A stretch of DNA of 64,000 nt from Saccostrea cucullata. Taxonomy: Eukaryota. The translations under genes were made by a program, and so were the position numbers. Location of the stretch: contig NW_026932975.1 of the NCBI RefSeq assembly GCF_032062105.1, positions 310,001 through 374,000 on the forward strand, read 5' to 3'. The notes beneath the pieces were generated by a model. It did no database searches. It worked only from the letters and a program-made list of their open reading frames with translations, and was not told where the DNA came from. Positions within the stretch are counted from its first letter, which is position 1, and every line of letters starts with the position of its first letter. Shown piece after piece: positions 33,901-47,100 of this stretch.

Positions 33901-35708
33901 TTGTTTACATAATTATATCATTATTCATAAAGGGCGTGTTAGGGGCGCGTTCAGGATCTTAGTGGTAGATGGAATTTAAGTACAGATACGAATTTCGAAC
34001 AAGAATTTTGCTAGCCTAGCAGCCACGTAAAGAATTTTATTATAAATATTTATGCTAAGATTGAAATACTGCAATCCTACTTGGATTAGACTTTGCATCA
34101 CGCGACATGCTGTATATACCGGTATACTAAATGAAGGAATGATCTAAACGTAAAATCTCACACATTCAATTTTGGCATGCTTTTTCACATATATTGTTAT
34201 AAATTAAATGCATATGATTGTATTATAATAGAATTAACAATTTACAGGTAGACGAGCTGTGTTTTCAAAACGATTGAGTATGTAGCATTAAACTACACGT
34301 AAGTTTACTAGCAACTATGGCACTGAACGCAGTCGTATATATGGCCGGTAGAGGTCGTTGATTAAAAGATCATGTAAATCATCATGGAATCTAAAGACAC
34401 CCTAATAAGCGCTTGCGCATGCGCGCTTAGCGCTTAAAAATTCTTAACATTTTCTCTCTTTTGGTTACACATTTGCTATATGAAGCAAGTCACCTGTATA
34501 GTTACAGACAGATTTTTTTTGCAGTGGTCTTAAATACGCCAATGAAACATATGAAGAAGTATAATATCAATAATACACAAGAAACATATTGACGCAAGCG
34601 TCAAAAATCGGCCGCAAACCAATTTATATAACTGTTGAAATTATTTTAGAGACTGAAATTTGCTGTGTTTTTTTTAATTTCTTATATTAATTTATCTGTT
34701 AAAATATCCTCGTGACACGAAAAAAAAAAATGCACGCGACAATGCCGATTTCTTCATGCATAATGCATGTACAATATAACATGTATAGGCAATATAAACT
34801 GTGCATAGTCCTCTGCCTCTCTGCACTCAGTTTGGTACAACTTAACGAACTCTGGTGAGTTTGCTGTTTAAGTAGTTTTTACATAAAACGTACAAAACTG
34901 AAGTTTAAACTTAGCTATAGTTTTACCTTAATAAAAACGCAACAAATATATAATATGTGGGGCTCCTCACTCTCTCTTAGAGGATGTTAACCCCCCCCCC
35001 CCAACTCCTTCTAGATCTTCTCTTTCAATCTCTTTGTTTTGGTGTTGAGATGTGGCGGGAAAATGTTTGGCACATTGTAAAACGCGCTCTTTCCTAGTCT
35101 CCTGGACTAACATGTCGACTCGTAATATTCTTTGCTTTTAAGAAATCAATATTTCATCATATTTTTGAAAAACATCCATAGGAAATGTTTAAATATACAC
35201 TTCATTTCAAATAAATACAGCAGATCCTGTTTTAAAAAGAGAAAGTAAAATTGTTGATTTACAACGCGGTCTTTGTTTTAGACTATGCCTAACACTCGCA
35301 CTAATTTTCTCCGCACTTCAGTTATATCAGAGTTTGTCAATCAGGATTGGATGAAATATTTACCCCATTATTTATAAAATTTAATTTTACGATTATTGTG
35401 CTTTTCCTAAACATTTAGACAATCTTTGTTTAATATTGATTCGCCAGCGATATGAATGTTGAATATTTTTATTTAAATTGTTAACTCCGCAGAAACGCAC
35501 AGCGACTTAAAACTTTCATATCATATAACCGACCGCCTCCTGGCGGCCGGTAAAAATGAAGGTATTTATAATCCTATGTTATATGATGACCAGATATATA
35601 TACTGACATAAATATAAACATTGCAGCTACTACAGAAAAAATATAGTTCATACATTGTAAACCGCTTACATGGGTTTTATATTTTCACTGCAACAGCTGC
35701 AACATTAA

Positions 35709-36970
35709 CAGGTTGGGCACACACCCCCAAATGGTCATTAAACCCCCGTTTGGTGGTCAATCGCCCATATCGGCGTCTTTTTTACCTACCAAATGGTGGT
35801 CTTTTTTATTCAAATCCAAATTTTATTAAAATAAAGCAAAAGCGCATTTACTTAGGCATTGGAGAATTTTAATTAACATATTCCTCGTACATTTAATGCA
35901 ATTAAGTCAATTTTCCATGTGGAATTTCTTTGGAACTTCGTAAAAACAAAACCCACGGTTGTGCGTGACGGCCGAACTATTTGCTCAAACAATACGAAAA
36001 AGTATTTTATTGTGTATAGTTTGGTAAAAAATATATTTAAACAAGAGGTGTTAGTCTAGAGAAGTAACTTTTCAAACGATCTTTCAATCTGCGTCTGTAT
36101 AAATCTCTATAAAATCCCGTTAAACACGAGCTCCTCGTATTGTATTCGTATGGTGGGCACTTACTGCTATAATATTCATTTTTTCTACATTTGAATGTAA
36201 CATTTATTTTTTATTTTCTTTTAGGATGAAGTTACGATTTCTGTGCGACCCTTTGTGGTTTCATATGCATATCTATGATGTATCTACTATATTTATTAAA
36301 AAATTTTTGAATAAAAAATTTACAAAGTGACATTTGCAATTATTCTTATTTCTATTCCAAGGTTAGAGTTTTTGAGCGATTATTTTATCAAAAATTCACG
36401 GCATGTCGTATTTTTGTAAAAAATAAAGCCATAACATACGAAATAAACAATATAAAAGAGAATTTTTACCTTTCATCGTATTTTACTTTTTGAAAATTTA
36501 CACTAATGGGCCTCCGTAGTGAAATCAGTCTTTTGACCCAAGTTTGGAAAAGATCGTCATTTTTAATTGGTTAAGATAATTGATCGGTTACCCGGATGAC
36601 AGGAATATGAAGTGATAAACACGATTGATAGGCTCAACTACGCGCGAGATGGAGGGAATTTTTCTTTTTAAGTTAAAACACAGAAAAGTTACTCTTGTTT
36701 ACATAGGTGACGATTTTGTCAAATATTTGAACGACACTGCGCAAAGATGTCCGCGTTGAAATTCTGATTTTTTTCGTTCAAAGTTTAGAAAAATATCTAT
36801 ATTTTATTCCCCGTGAGTTGAAATTATGCGCCATTTCATGTTATTGCAGAGAACTGAACCAAACGATTTTTCTCTCCCATTTGGTACATGTAGGTAATAA
36901 AGACGCCGATATGGGCGATTGACCACCAAACAGGGGTTTAATGACCATTTGGGGGTGTGTGCCCAACCTG
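35709..36970. mobile_element. Young 1262-bp non-autonomous DNA transposon, long TIRs, 5-bp TSD
   Basis: ATTAA|CAGGTTGGGCACACACCCCCAAATGG ... CCATTTGGGGGTGTGTGCCCAACCTG|ATTAA; TIRs match over about 88 bp with 2 substitutions and one 6-bp indel; no transposase ORF. Confidence 0.9.
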
Positions 36971-38121
36971 ATTAAATCCCATCTAACAACAAAAGAAAGC
37001 ATATTGTCTGAATGAATTTCTATCTACCTGTAGGGTAATAAATAAATATAAATAAATAAATTTTACAATAATTCTTCCACAAGACTGATAAAATCTTATT
37101 GAATTTTTTTTTAGTTTAATTTTGGTCTTGAATATATAGTTCAAGAATTAGTTTTATCAGAGCTTTTAAGAAAGTTATTCTTTTGCCCTAAAGTAAATGT
37201 AGTATTTAATGATTAAACACAGTAAAACATTTTGATAAGGAAGTCCTGGAGATATGAATTTCTAGTTCTTTTAAACACTTGTAACCAATCCTTTCATCCT
37301 TCCATTCTTACAAGAAAGATATAAAAGGGCTGAGACAACCTAACGCCCAACCCCCAACCCCCACCCACCCACCCTTCTTTCCCCAATCCCTCACATCCCA
37401 TTTCCCTATGAGTGAGTTTTACTGTATGTGATTGATACAATGAATCATTGAAGTAAAGATGCAATTTTGGATATGCTTTAAAGATTTTATTTTTGTTGTA
37501 TATGAAGATGAAGTAACATATTATAGTTTCCCTTTTATTCATGACAAAGCTCTTTTAAGATTACTAGTACTTAAATAAGAACAAAGCCTCTTATATACCA
37601 TTGTACAGTTAAATCCCAAAACCATATATGACCGTTATTTTTTTTTTTCATTTATAAAATGTGAAAAAGCAATCATTAAAAGACAGAATTGAAACGAATT
37701 TAGTAAAACAGTAATCAAGTGTCAAAGTACAATTGCCCTCAATTGCTTTAGTCATTTCCCATTGCTGAAATATCCTCATTATGTTTGTACTTATAAAATT
37801 GATCAATACCACTTAACCACAATGATATATCACTAGGCATAATATCTTCCAATAACTTCAGTAGTAACAAAATTATATCAAGCACCTCCTCACATCTGTT
37901 CTCAATGATAAAAAAAAAATCATCAAAAATATATTATGAGAAATTTAAAATGCATAAGAACTAATGCAGTCTGTTATAATTATGCACTGATATCCAAGTT
38001 CTTGAAAAAGTCAGTAACCTGGTATGTTAAAATAAATATTATATATCACAGTCAAAGAACAACACTCAGTTTTAAAATCAGTAATTCATGGATCTTTTTC
38101 CTTGTTTATAATTAATTTTTA

Positions 38122-41100
38122 CTAAACTCCACATCCTGGTAATAATGCAACCATAACTGTAATATTGTTCTTGGCCCCAGCAAGCAACGCAGCCTGAACA
38201 AGGTGCTCTGCCATAGTGCGAGCCAGATCCCTCTGAAACTGATCCCGAGTCATAGAGGGATTATAGTTAGATAGTCGTGAGTTGCTAGGCAATGACAGGA
38301 AGTCACCATATGTCTCCACGTCAGCCTCATTTCCAGATTCCTCGTCATACGGACCAACATGGCTGCCATTTTCTGTCTTCATATCCTCGTCAGAATTGTT
38401 TTTCTCATTGTCTATCATCGTGGAAGCCCTGGGTGACATCTTCAGGCGGTCGTCCGCTGGTTCTGAGAAGGACACTCTTCGTGGGGTCTGGGTGATCAAG
38501 GAAATATTGGCCTGACTGTTGGACTCCTCTATTAAAGGCCTGAGAGTGGTGCTTATTTTACTTGGGGCTGGTATAAAGTTGCTAGGGAGTAACTGAAAGC
38601 ACAAAAATTAATTCAATGCTTGTTGGGAAGAGCATATCAATAGTAAAAACACATTTTTTTAAAAGTGCACAAAATATATGCATATTCATTACAATGTCAT
38701 AACTGGGATTTGCATTATTAAAATTTAAGCAATAGATGTACAACTGTGGTTGACCATACCTTCAAAAGTAGGTTAGCAGCCTCTGTCTCAGAGAAAACTT
38801 CCCAGACTCCATGAGAGGCTAGCAGCAGAAACTGGCAGTACTGGTCCACAGCGACTGACATAGTGTGTGGCTCCACAATAACACTATTCTTCAGCACCAC
38901 ATCACCATGGTTACCGAGTCCTCGTGTGGTGGCTACCACTCCTCTTACCCTCATTTCCCTCTCACTCAGACTTATGTCTGCTCCTACAGAACATCAGTAT
39001 ATACATGTACTGATAGTAAATAATTGAAACTTTTGTTATTGTTCATTTTACTAAATGTATGCAAAATAAAATTTCCTCCTGTTTTAAATTCAATTGTACA
39101 GTTAACTGAAATTTTGGACTGCTATATGTGCAGGTGCCATCTTTTTAGGAAATATCACTGACCTGCTTTGATAACACGGTTCTTTTCCTTTTCATTCTGT
39201 GGTGTATGGTCCTTTGTGAGTTTGTATGCCCTGTTTCCTCTAACCAGTACACCATGGACATTTCCTTATTTGCCATGAAATAAATCAATAAATATTACGC
39301 ATCAAGAAAAGGAAGAAAATTACAAGGAAATTATTAAGTGTTTATCTACAGCAAAGTGTTTTTGTTGTAATGTAAAAACAGCAGTACTACTACATGTACC
39401 AGTGCATACCTGCATTGGCTAGGTAGATCATGCCCATTTCTCGGGGTGGATCAAAGCCCATGGTACTTGCTGGCTGTGATTGGTCCAATTTGTTCTCCAG
39501 CGTAGGAGGGCGGGACATGTAAATGTCAGTCTTTCTTTCCTCGTCCTCCTCTGCCACTGGAGAAATCGGATACCCAGATTGCTCCGACTTATCCCCACCC
39601 TGTATAACAACGGTCAAGGCCGAACAACCACTCCACCTGACCTTTGACCTTTCGTCTTTGCCATAGGACAATAAGATGTCAGTCAAGTAGTAGGACTTGG
39701 CGAGAGCAGACTCCATTTTGATTGTAAAAGGTGCCTTTTGTTTCTTTTTTCTGTTTTCTTTCTGTTCGTTGTCTTTTTTGGCAGACTTGATGGCCCTGGG
39801 AGTGATGAGTTCTTCGTACTTGTCTTCACACATGTTAATGATCTGATGGACAATATCCACACTGCTCTCATGGAGGACTACTCGCTCGCTCTCCTTGGTG
39901 TCAGGACGCTCAAATGAGTACTACACAAAAAAGAAAAAAAGAAAGGAATTGATCTTTACATTTTAAATTTATACTACTGGGTAGGTATAAATAAAGGAGA
40001 AAAGAATATACATAAAGTCTATTACCAGGTATTCAGCTTGTTGCTGAATATTTTTGTACCTACTGGAAAGAGCTGCTTCATTTTTTTATTTTTACCTTTT
40101 ACACATCATTGGTGGATAAATAGAAATTGAGCCAATTTTCCAAAGTACGAGGGGTGATCAAAAAGTGCGCAAACTATCTCTATATCTACAAAACCATAAT
40201 TAATTCAGCTAAGAAAAAAATTTAGTACAGACATAGCCATACACAAGTTCTATAAACAGCATATGCTGAATAAAGCTTTGTTCCTTGTTTCTGATGTCAC
40301 AATGTGAAAATGACGTCACTATGTAGGTCACATGTGACGAAAAATAGTGTCTCAGTCGTACTCGTTCAAGAAACGACTTTAAAATTTATCCAATATCTTA
40401 GAAATCCTTTTGACGTGGCGTATTATAATTTGAACTATAAATTTGATCAATAATTGGATTTATCGTTTTAGTGAGGAAAGGCAGATGGTTAAAAATGTCA
40501 CTTGTTATGTTGCATAGTGAAAGCAAGTTTGAAAAGAGGTGTGTTTTTAATTAAGCAATTTGCTATCAAAGACGTCCGATATACACTTTGAAAAATAGTT
40601 GAATATTTTAACAATTATATAATTATCATTTACCTAAGATATGGTTTACTTTAGATTTTAAACAAATTAGATATGATAAAAGGGGGCACCCACTATTTAT
40701 GCACCTTGTATGAATGTCTCTCCCGAGACAGAAGATTTTGGTTTTGATGATCGCCATGCTTATTTTTGAAAAGGATATTCTTATCCACCCATTCTGTTGC
40801 CAAGATTTGACCATTTCTGGCAAATGAACTGTTCTTGTTACAGAAATTAACTTACATGGAAAGAAATATAAAACTCAGAAAAATATTTCAGCTTTTGTGA
40901 CAGAACGCAATGGAGGGGGGTCACGTGACCGCCTATATCACGTGATTTGCGCATGAGCAGAATGGTGGCAGATGTGCATTAAAGTCGGAACGGACTAATT
41001 TAAAAAGTAATCAACACTGAAACCAAATATTGTTTCTTTTATGAAAGTTATTCAATTAGTTCGCTAACTCTTTGATCACCCCTCATATAGACAGCTTCAA

Positions 41101-44100
41101 GCAAAAGATTTGCCAAATTTTTAATGAATGCATTTAGTTGAAAATAACTTGGAGGATTTCTATCCTTCTTTTTTTTTCTTTCTATAGGTTTTCTAATGAA
41201 CTTAGGAATAAAGTGCCTACAAGTGCAACAGTTTCTAATGAATCCAGTAGATGTACTAGTAGATAGGGAAGAAATGAGTTCCTTATGAACATGTACCTGT
41301 GAGACATCAGTAGTGTCCAGGGCATTTGTAGCCATTGTGGATTTGGTCTTCGGATCAAACTTGGTCATCTCGTTGAGCAAAAGATGGTGGAGCTCAGCAG
41401 CAGCCATGTCCGCAGCAAATCTCCCATGGTAACCATCAAACAAACCAAAATAACACTTATTTCTGTCCTCCCCAAAGCAGTCCTGGTAAACTTTAGTGTC
41501 CTCCATGTAACTCTTCCATCTGAAATGAGAATATAAGCTCAATGAGAACACACGGTGATAGAATTTCGTTTCAAGTTGAAATGTTCTGAGCAAATTAATC
41601 CTTCATTTCATCCTCAACAAAGCAAACAAGAAAGACTTTGTTCCAATTAAAAAATGAATAAGAAAAGCCAATAATTTGGTCAAATTATTATCTGTGTGTG
41701 TATTTTTTTGACAGCTTGACAAGAAATAACTTATCTCAAACAACTTTTAGAGGATTGTATACCTGTCGTTCTGTGAGGAACACATGCCAAGAGCAAACAC
41801 ACAGGTCGGGCTGCAGTTGACAGCGACTCCACGGACATCTGTGTTTATCTCTTCTCTGTTCTGCCGCTCCAGTTCAAATGTACCCTAAACATTCCATCAA
41901 TATCATCAATACCTCAAAGACATATAGTTAAACCCAGTTATAAATTAAACCCAGTTATAAAGAACTTGCTTATAAGGAAATCTTGATTAAAAGGAATTCT
42001 TTTAAATCTCTTAGACAACATTTTACCAAGTTCCTTGTAAGGATATTAATTAAGAATCTTGGTTATAATAAAAAAATATTCGGGTCCCATTGGTTTCCTA
42101 AGAGCCAAATTTTAATATACACTTCTCTTCATTTGAAATCATGCACATAAAATTAAACTTCAGAATTTATACAGTATACTACTGTAACAATATATGCAGA
42201 GCATTGATGTTCCATTGACTGTCATGGCTATAAACTTTCAAGATCATTTTAATATCTGTTCAGAAGTTATTTTATGGAATGATTTAAAAACGTAATGTTC
42301 TATAATAAAGTCAGTACTATGCACCATGCTTATATTTTGAATAATTAAAAAAGTATACCTGCACATCAGCTTTAAGAAATTCATAAGCATCATTGAGTTC
42401 TTGTATTGCCTGGAGCTGTTTTGGTGTTTCTTTTTGTTCACGAATCTTTCGCAGTATAATCTGACGTCTCTTTCTGAGGCCATCTATTGATGTTGGTTTA
42501 TTTTTACCCTGGTATTTCATCACCTCCAAGGCATCATGGTATACCCGGTGTTCGTGCAGGGCTCGGAGATTGATGTATATTTTGCATCGATCACATCGTA
42601 TTGAGATGTCAGGGTTAGAGGGGAGTTCTGTAATGTTGGTCTCCGGGGTATCTGAAAAATAAATATTGGTTATGCATCATTATCAACTTAATTTGCAAAT
42701 AATTTCCATAAGAGAAATCAAAGAGAGTATGCTAGGTCATTAAGGGTTTGCTGATTATATGTACATATGGTTTTTTGATGAAATTTGTATATATTTTTCC
42801 AAAACTGATTAATACTGCTCTAGGGACAATATGAAATAAGAGGCCCATGGGCCACATCACTCACCTGAGAAGCTTTGACCATTCTGTTCTTTACCAGATT
42901 TTCCCTTTGTAATACATATTGTGACCCCACCCCAACTGATCATAATTTAGACAGTTTGAAATCTACACTACCCCAGGATGCTTCCACATAAGTTTCAGCT
43001 TTCCTGGCCCAGTAAACTTTTGAGAAGAAGATTTTTAAAGATTTTTCCTATATATTTCTATGTAAAACTTTGATTCCCCATTGTGGCACACGCCCAACCC
43101 CTAGGGGTCATGATTTGAACAATTTAGAATCTAAATTACTTACAGGATGCTTCCACAATAAGTTTCAGCTTTTCTCCCAGTGAAATTTTTGAGAAGAGGA
43201 TTTTAAAAGATTTTTCCTATATATTTCTATGTAAAACTTGGATTCCCCATTGTGGCCCCGCCCAACAGGGTCATGATTTGAACAATTTGAATCTACATTA
43301 CCCCAGGATGCTTATAACATAAGCTTTCAGCTTTTCTGGCCCAGTGGTTCTTAGAAGAGGATTTTAAAAGATTTTTCCTATATATTTCTATGAAAAACTA
43401 AGAAAACCATTGTGTCATGAATATGGGGGTCATGATTTGAACAATTTATAATCTACACTACCCCAGGATCCTTCCACATAAGTTTCAGCTTTTTTTGGCC
43501 CAGTGGTTCTTTAGAAGAAGATTTTTTAATGACCCCACCCTATTTTTGTCTTTTCTTGGTTATCTCCCCTTGTTAAAGTTAAAATTTATTCACCCGTAGC
43601 CACCTGTGTACTATAATCAAGGACAGGTCATAAGCATTTGAGAAAAAATAAACTCCCTTCTAACACAGTTATACACAAAGACACACAAACAGACACACAA
43701 ACAAATATTACTGCTTACTATACTATATCACAATGAAATTCTTTCTTTTTAACTTAACAAAACTTAATTGTCTTTAAAGGTATTGTAGACATTACTTTTT
43801 TCCACAGGGTCATTATTCCGCGGAATCTTTATTTCTGTTCAATTGGTTGCTAGATATTTACGCAGATATCTAAAGACTCTCATTATATGCCTGATATGTG
43901 TATTAAGTTCGATGGTACAAATTTCCATGGAAAGTTTGTGACCACATACATAGCGTAAATTAATACCACACGGAAAAAAGTACTTCAGAATCTACAGTAT
44001 TACACTTACATCCATTAACAATGTACATCCATTCCAACAAATGCCCATATTTGAGTTTAAGGATCTCATTGTGTCTTTTGGCTGTCACTTCCATGACAAG

Positions 44101-47100
44101 ACTTGATTTTCTACAGGCCTCCATAATTACTAATTAAGGACACGAAGGACCCAACAGCAAAAATCAGCTTATCTCATTGAAAAAACAATTTCTTCTCGGA
44201 GAGTTTCACAAAACACAGAGAAATCTCTGTAAGCTCCAATAATGCAGAGGGTTTCATCCAAAAAATTAATAAGTCCACACCTTTAGACAGGTATAATCAC
44301 TTTATCGCTACACATTAACCCTGATGTAATAGCATGGATGTAGATAGAGCCTGGGCTTTGTGTACAGGTGAATCTATAGGTCCAACACAATTAAACAACC
44401 AACCAGGCAGTATGGAATCAATTCAACCAGATTTCATTAAAAATCAATGTCAGATTATAATGTTATCCAATACAATTAACAATCCTACCTCACCAAATTC
44501 AAACACATTTTAATTAAATCCCCCCAAAAACCTCCATTTTTTCCTTTTGTAAGATATTAAATATTAAAGTTTCATTATTTGTGACATCAATATGTTTATT
44601 GTTGGGTGACTGTAAAAAGATTCTTAAGGGTTTTTTTTCACCCCCAAATTGTGACGGATCAATTTTGAGCAAGCATGCAAAATCCATTAACTACATGTAA
44701 ATATTTTCCCAAACAAAACTCCATTTTTGTTCCTGCTTTGTTATTTCCTATCAGATCTATCTATTGATCCTTTTCTGTGGAAGAATTTTTCAATCTAATT
44801 CCAATCTCAATCAATGGATATAATGCTCCCAGGTAAGGTAAATCGTTCAATCTGTTTTTTCCAAGCAATTATCACAAACATTAGCATCCTTTGTAGCAAA
44901 GAAAGCATGTGGTATAAACTCAGATCAAAATTGCAGATAATTATAAAACCTAAAAGAAGCTGTTCATTTCTTTCACACTGATGAAAATTTTTATTTGAAA
45001 TCCCAGAAGATCCCATGCATCTGATGTGAAGCCCTGATTCAAACCACGCAGTTGCCTCCCCTTGTTGAGAAGTTTGGTTTTGAAAAGTTGAAAGAAATTA
45101 TTGAATCATCAACATGTCCCATTAAATCATTTGTACTATCTGAGAACACCTGCATAGCAAAACCACTGCAACTTCACATGTCAGTCATTTTAAATCAGTC
45201 TGCACTGAGTTCCGTTTGGACCTCACTTTCTACTCTGAGAATCAGCAAAGCCTCTTTTATAAAGTCCTGCATTGTTGTGATATCAGATCTATACAACAGG
45301 AATAAAACATAAAGAAAAACGCAGAGAAGAACCCCAGTCAGGTGCCAGTCCATTATAATGGCAGAGATTACCAGGGGATTCTCGGCCTGCTCAGAATAAA
45401 AGGAGGCAAAATCTGGTGTTAGGCCAAGCAAAGTAAATCATGTGTGTGATGGAATAAAAAAAAATTATAACGGGATCCAACTCTACATCTATAACTGTCC
45501 CAATCCTGATGCAACTGTAAGTTATTAATATGAATTCCATCTTGAAGTAAATAAATAAAAAAAGAACACCAAAAAAATCTGGTTTTGCTATGCAATATAC
45601 ATGTATAACTTTTATCTAGTCTGAGTACAATGTCTTTTATATCCATTTATCTAAGAGAATTTTGTTCAGCTGTAAAGTAGAAATGTTTTAATTCAAAAAA
45701 ATATTTTTTTTAAATGTCAAGAGAGTTAAGCTTCTGACGGCAATTAATTAGTGAAAGTTGAAATATTTACTCTGCAAATTTCTACTCACCACTGAAACAG
45801 GAAATTACATGTGTTTGGTCTTAGAAAAATAGCCACAATCTGCTTATAAATTAAATCTTACAATGGGATGAGTAATTCCCTTTGTTAAATAGAGAAATAC
45901 TATCAACAAATTCAATGGGAATCATTCTAAAGAGAAATATCAGCTGTCTAAACAAAAACATGTATGTTATGTGACTTTATTTATGCATATTATACATTGG
46001 AATACATGTACATGTATAAAGGGATATGTGTGTAAATAACTGATTGAGGTTTGTAAACTATTAACTGTACAGTAAATCAAAGTAAGTATGATAGTTACTC
46101 AATTTGGCAAAATCACAGATATTCTTTTTTTTTCTCTATTTATTTCTTTAACATTCCATTTCTATTCTGAACTGTATAAATTTGTTTATGTCTGATTTAC
46201 CAATGCTGCAAATTAATTTTTGAACACTGCGTGTGAAATACTGGCTATTAAAAAGTGTGAGAGTGGGGGTAGGGGGGTATTAAAGGCCTAAACCTATGGC
46301 CATTATCCCTAATATAGAAAAGTAATATATTTTAAATTCATGTTTTGATTACCCATTTTCTATAAAATACATAGTTCATTTCTACTGTAGAAGTACGATT
46401 TTCCACGTGGTATCAATTTACGCTATGTATGCGGTTACAAATTTTCCGCAGAAATTTGTCCAAGCGTACTTAATATAAACATTAGGCACATAGAGACAAT
46501 CTAGAAAATCTGCATAATTTTCTACCCGCGGATTAAACAGAAATTGAAATTCTGTGGATTATGACCCCGTGGAAAAAAGTACGTCTATAGTATATAATGA
46601 ACTACAGTGAAACCTGTATAATCTGATATGCAATGGGTGACAAATTTTGTGTTGGAAAAAAGATGCTATTGGAGTACAAAGTGTAAAAAAAGTAAAATGG
46701 AAATGAAAATAATTTTTATTTTAAATTAGCTCTACTTATCATTACCATGTGCTTCGTATTTTTTTTTTCTATTACCTGAAGATAAAGAAAGAGATATTCA
46801 AGGATGTATATGGATGTAAGAGCCCCACTCTATTAAACACAGAAATTCAAAGTTTATGGAAAGGCATACATGCTCAACATAACTCTTTCATGATTTCTAT
46901 TTAATGTCCAGGGGCAAAAAAGATATGATCAACTGAGTCCCCCTCCTAACACCAGAACCCTTGACTCTGGGGCAAAAAATTCACAATTTTGGAAGAGACA
47001 CCATTACTCATCATAATCATGCACCTATTTTATCAGCTAAATATACAGGAGAAGAGATCTTTGAAGAATTTATGCATTTTCACTATATGATCATCAGAGT

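Noticed and set aside
44990-45431. Coding-looking frames on both strands with several in-frame TGAs on the minus strand
   Set aside because: No homology, SECIS or consistent exon chain; more likely UTR with upstream ORFs, or intron
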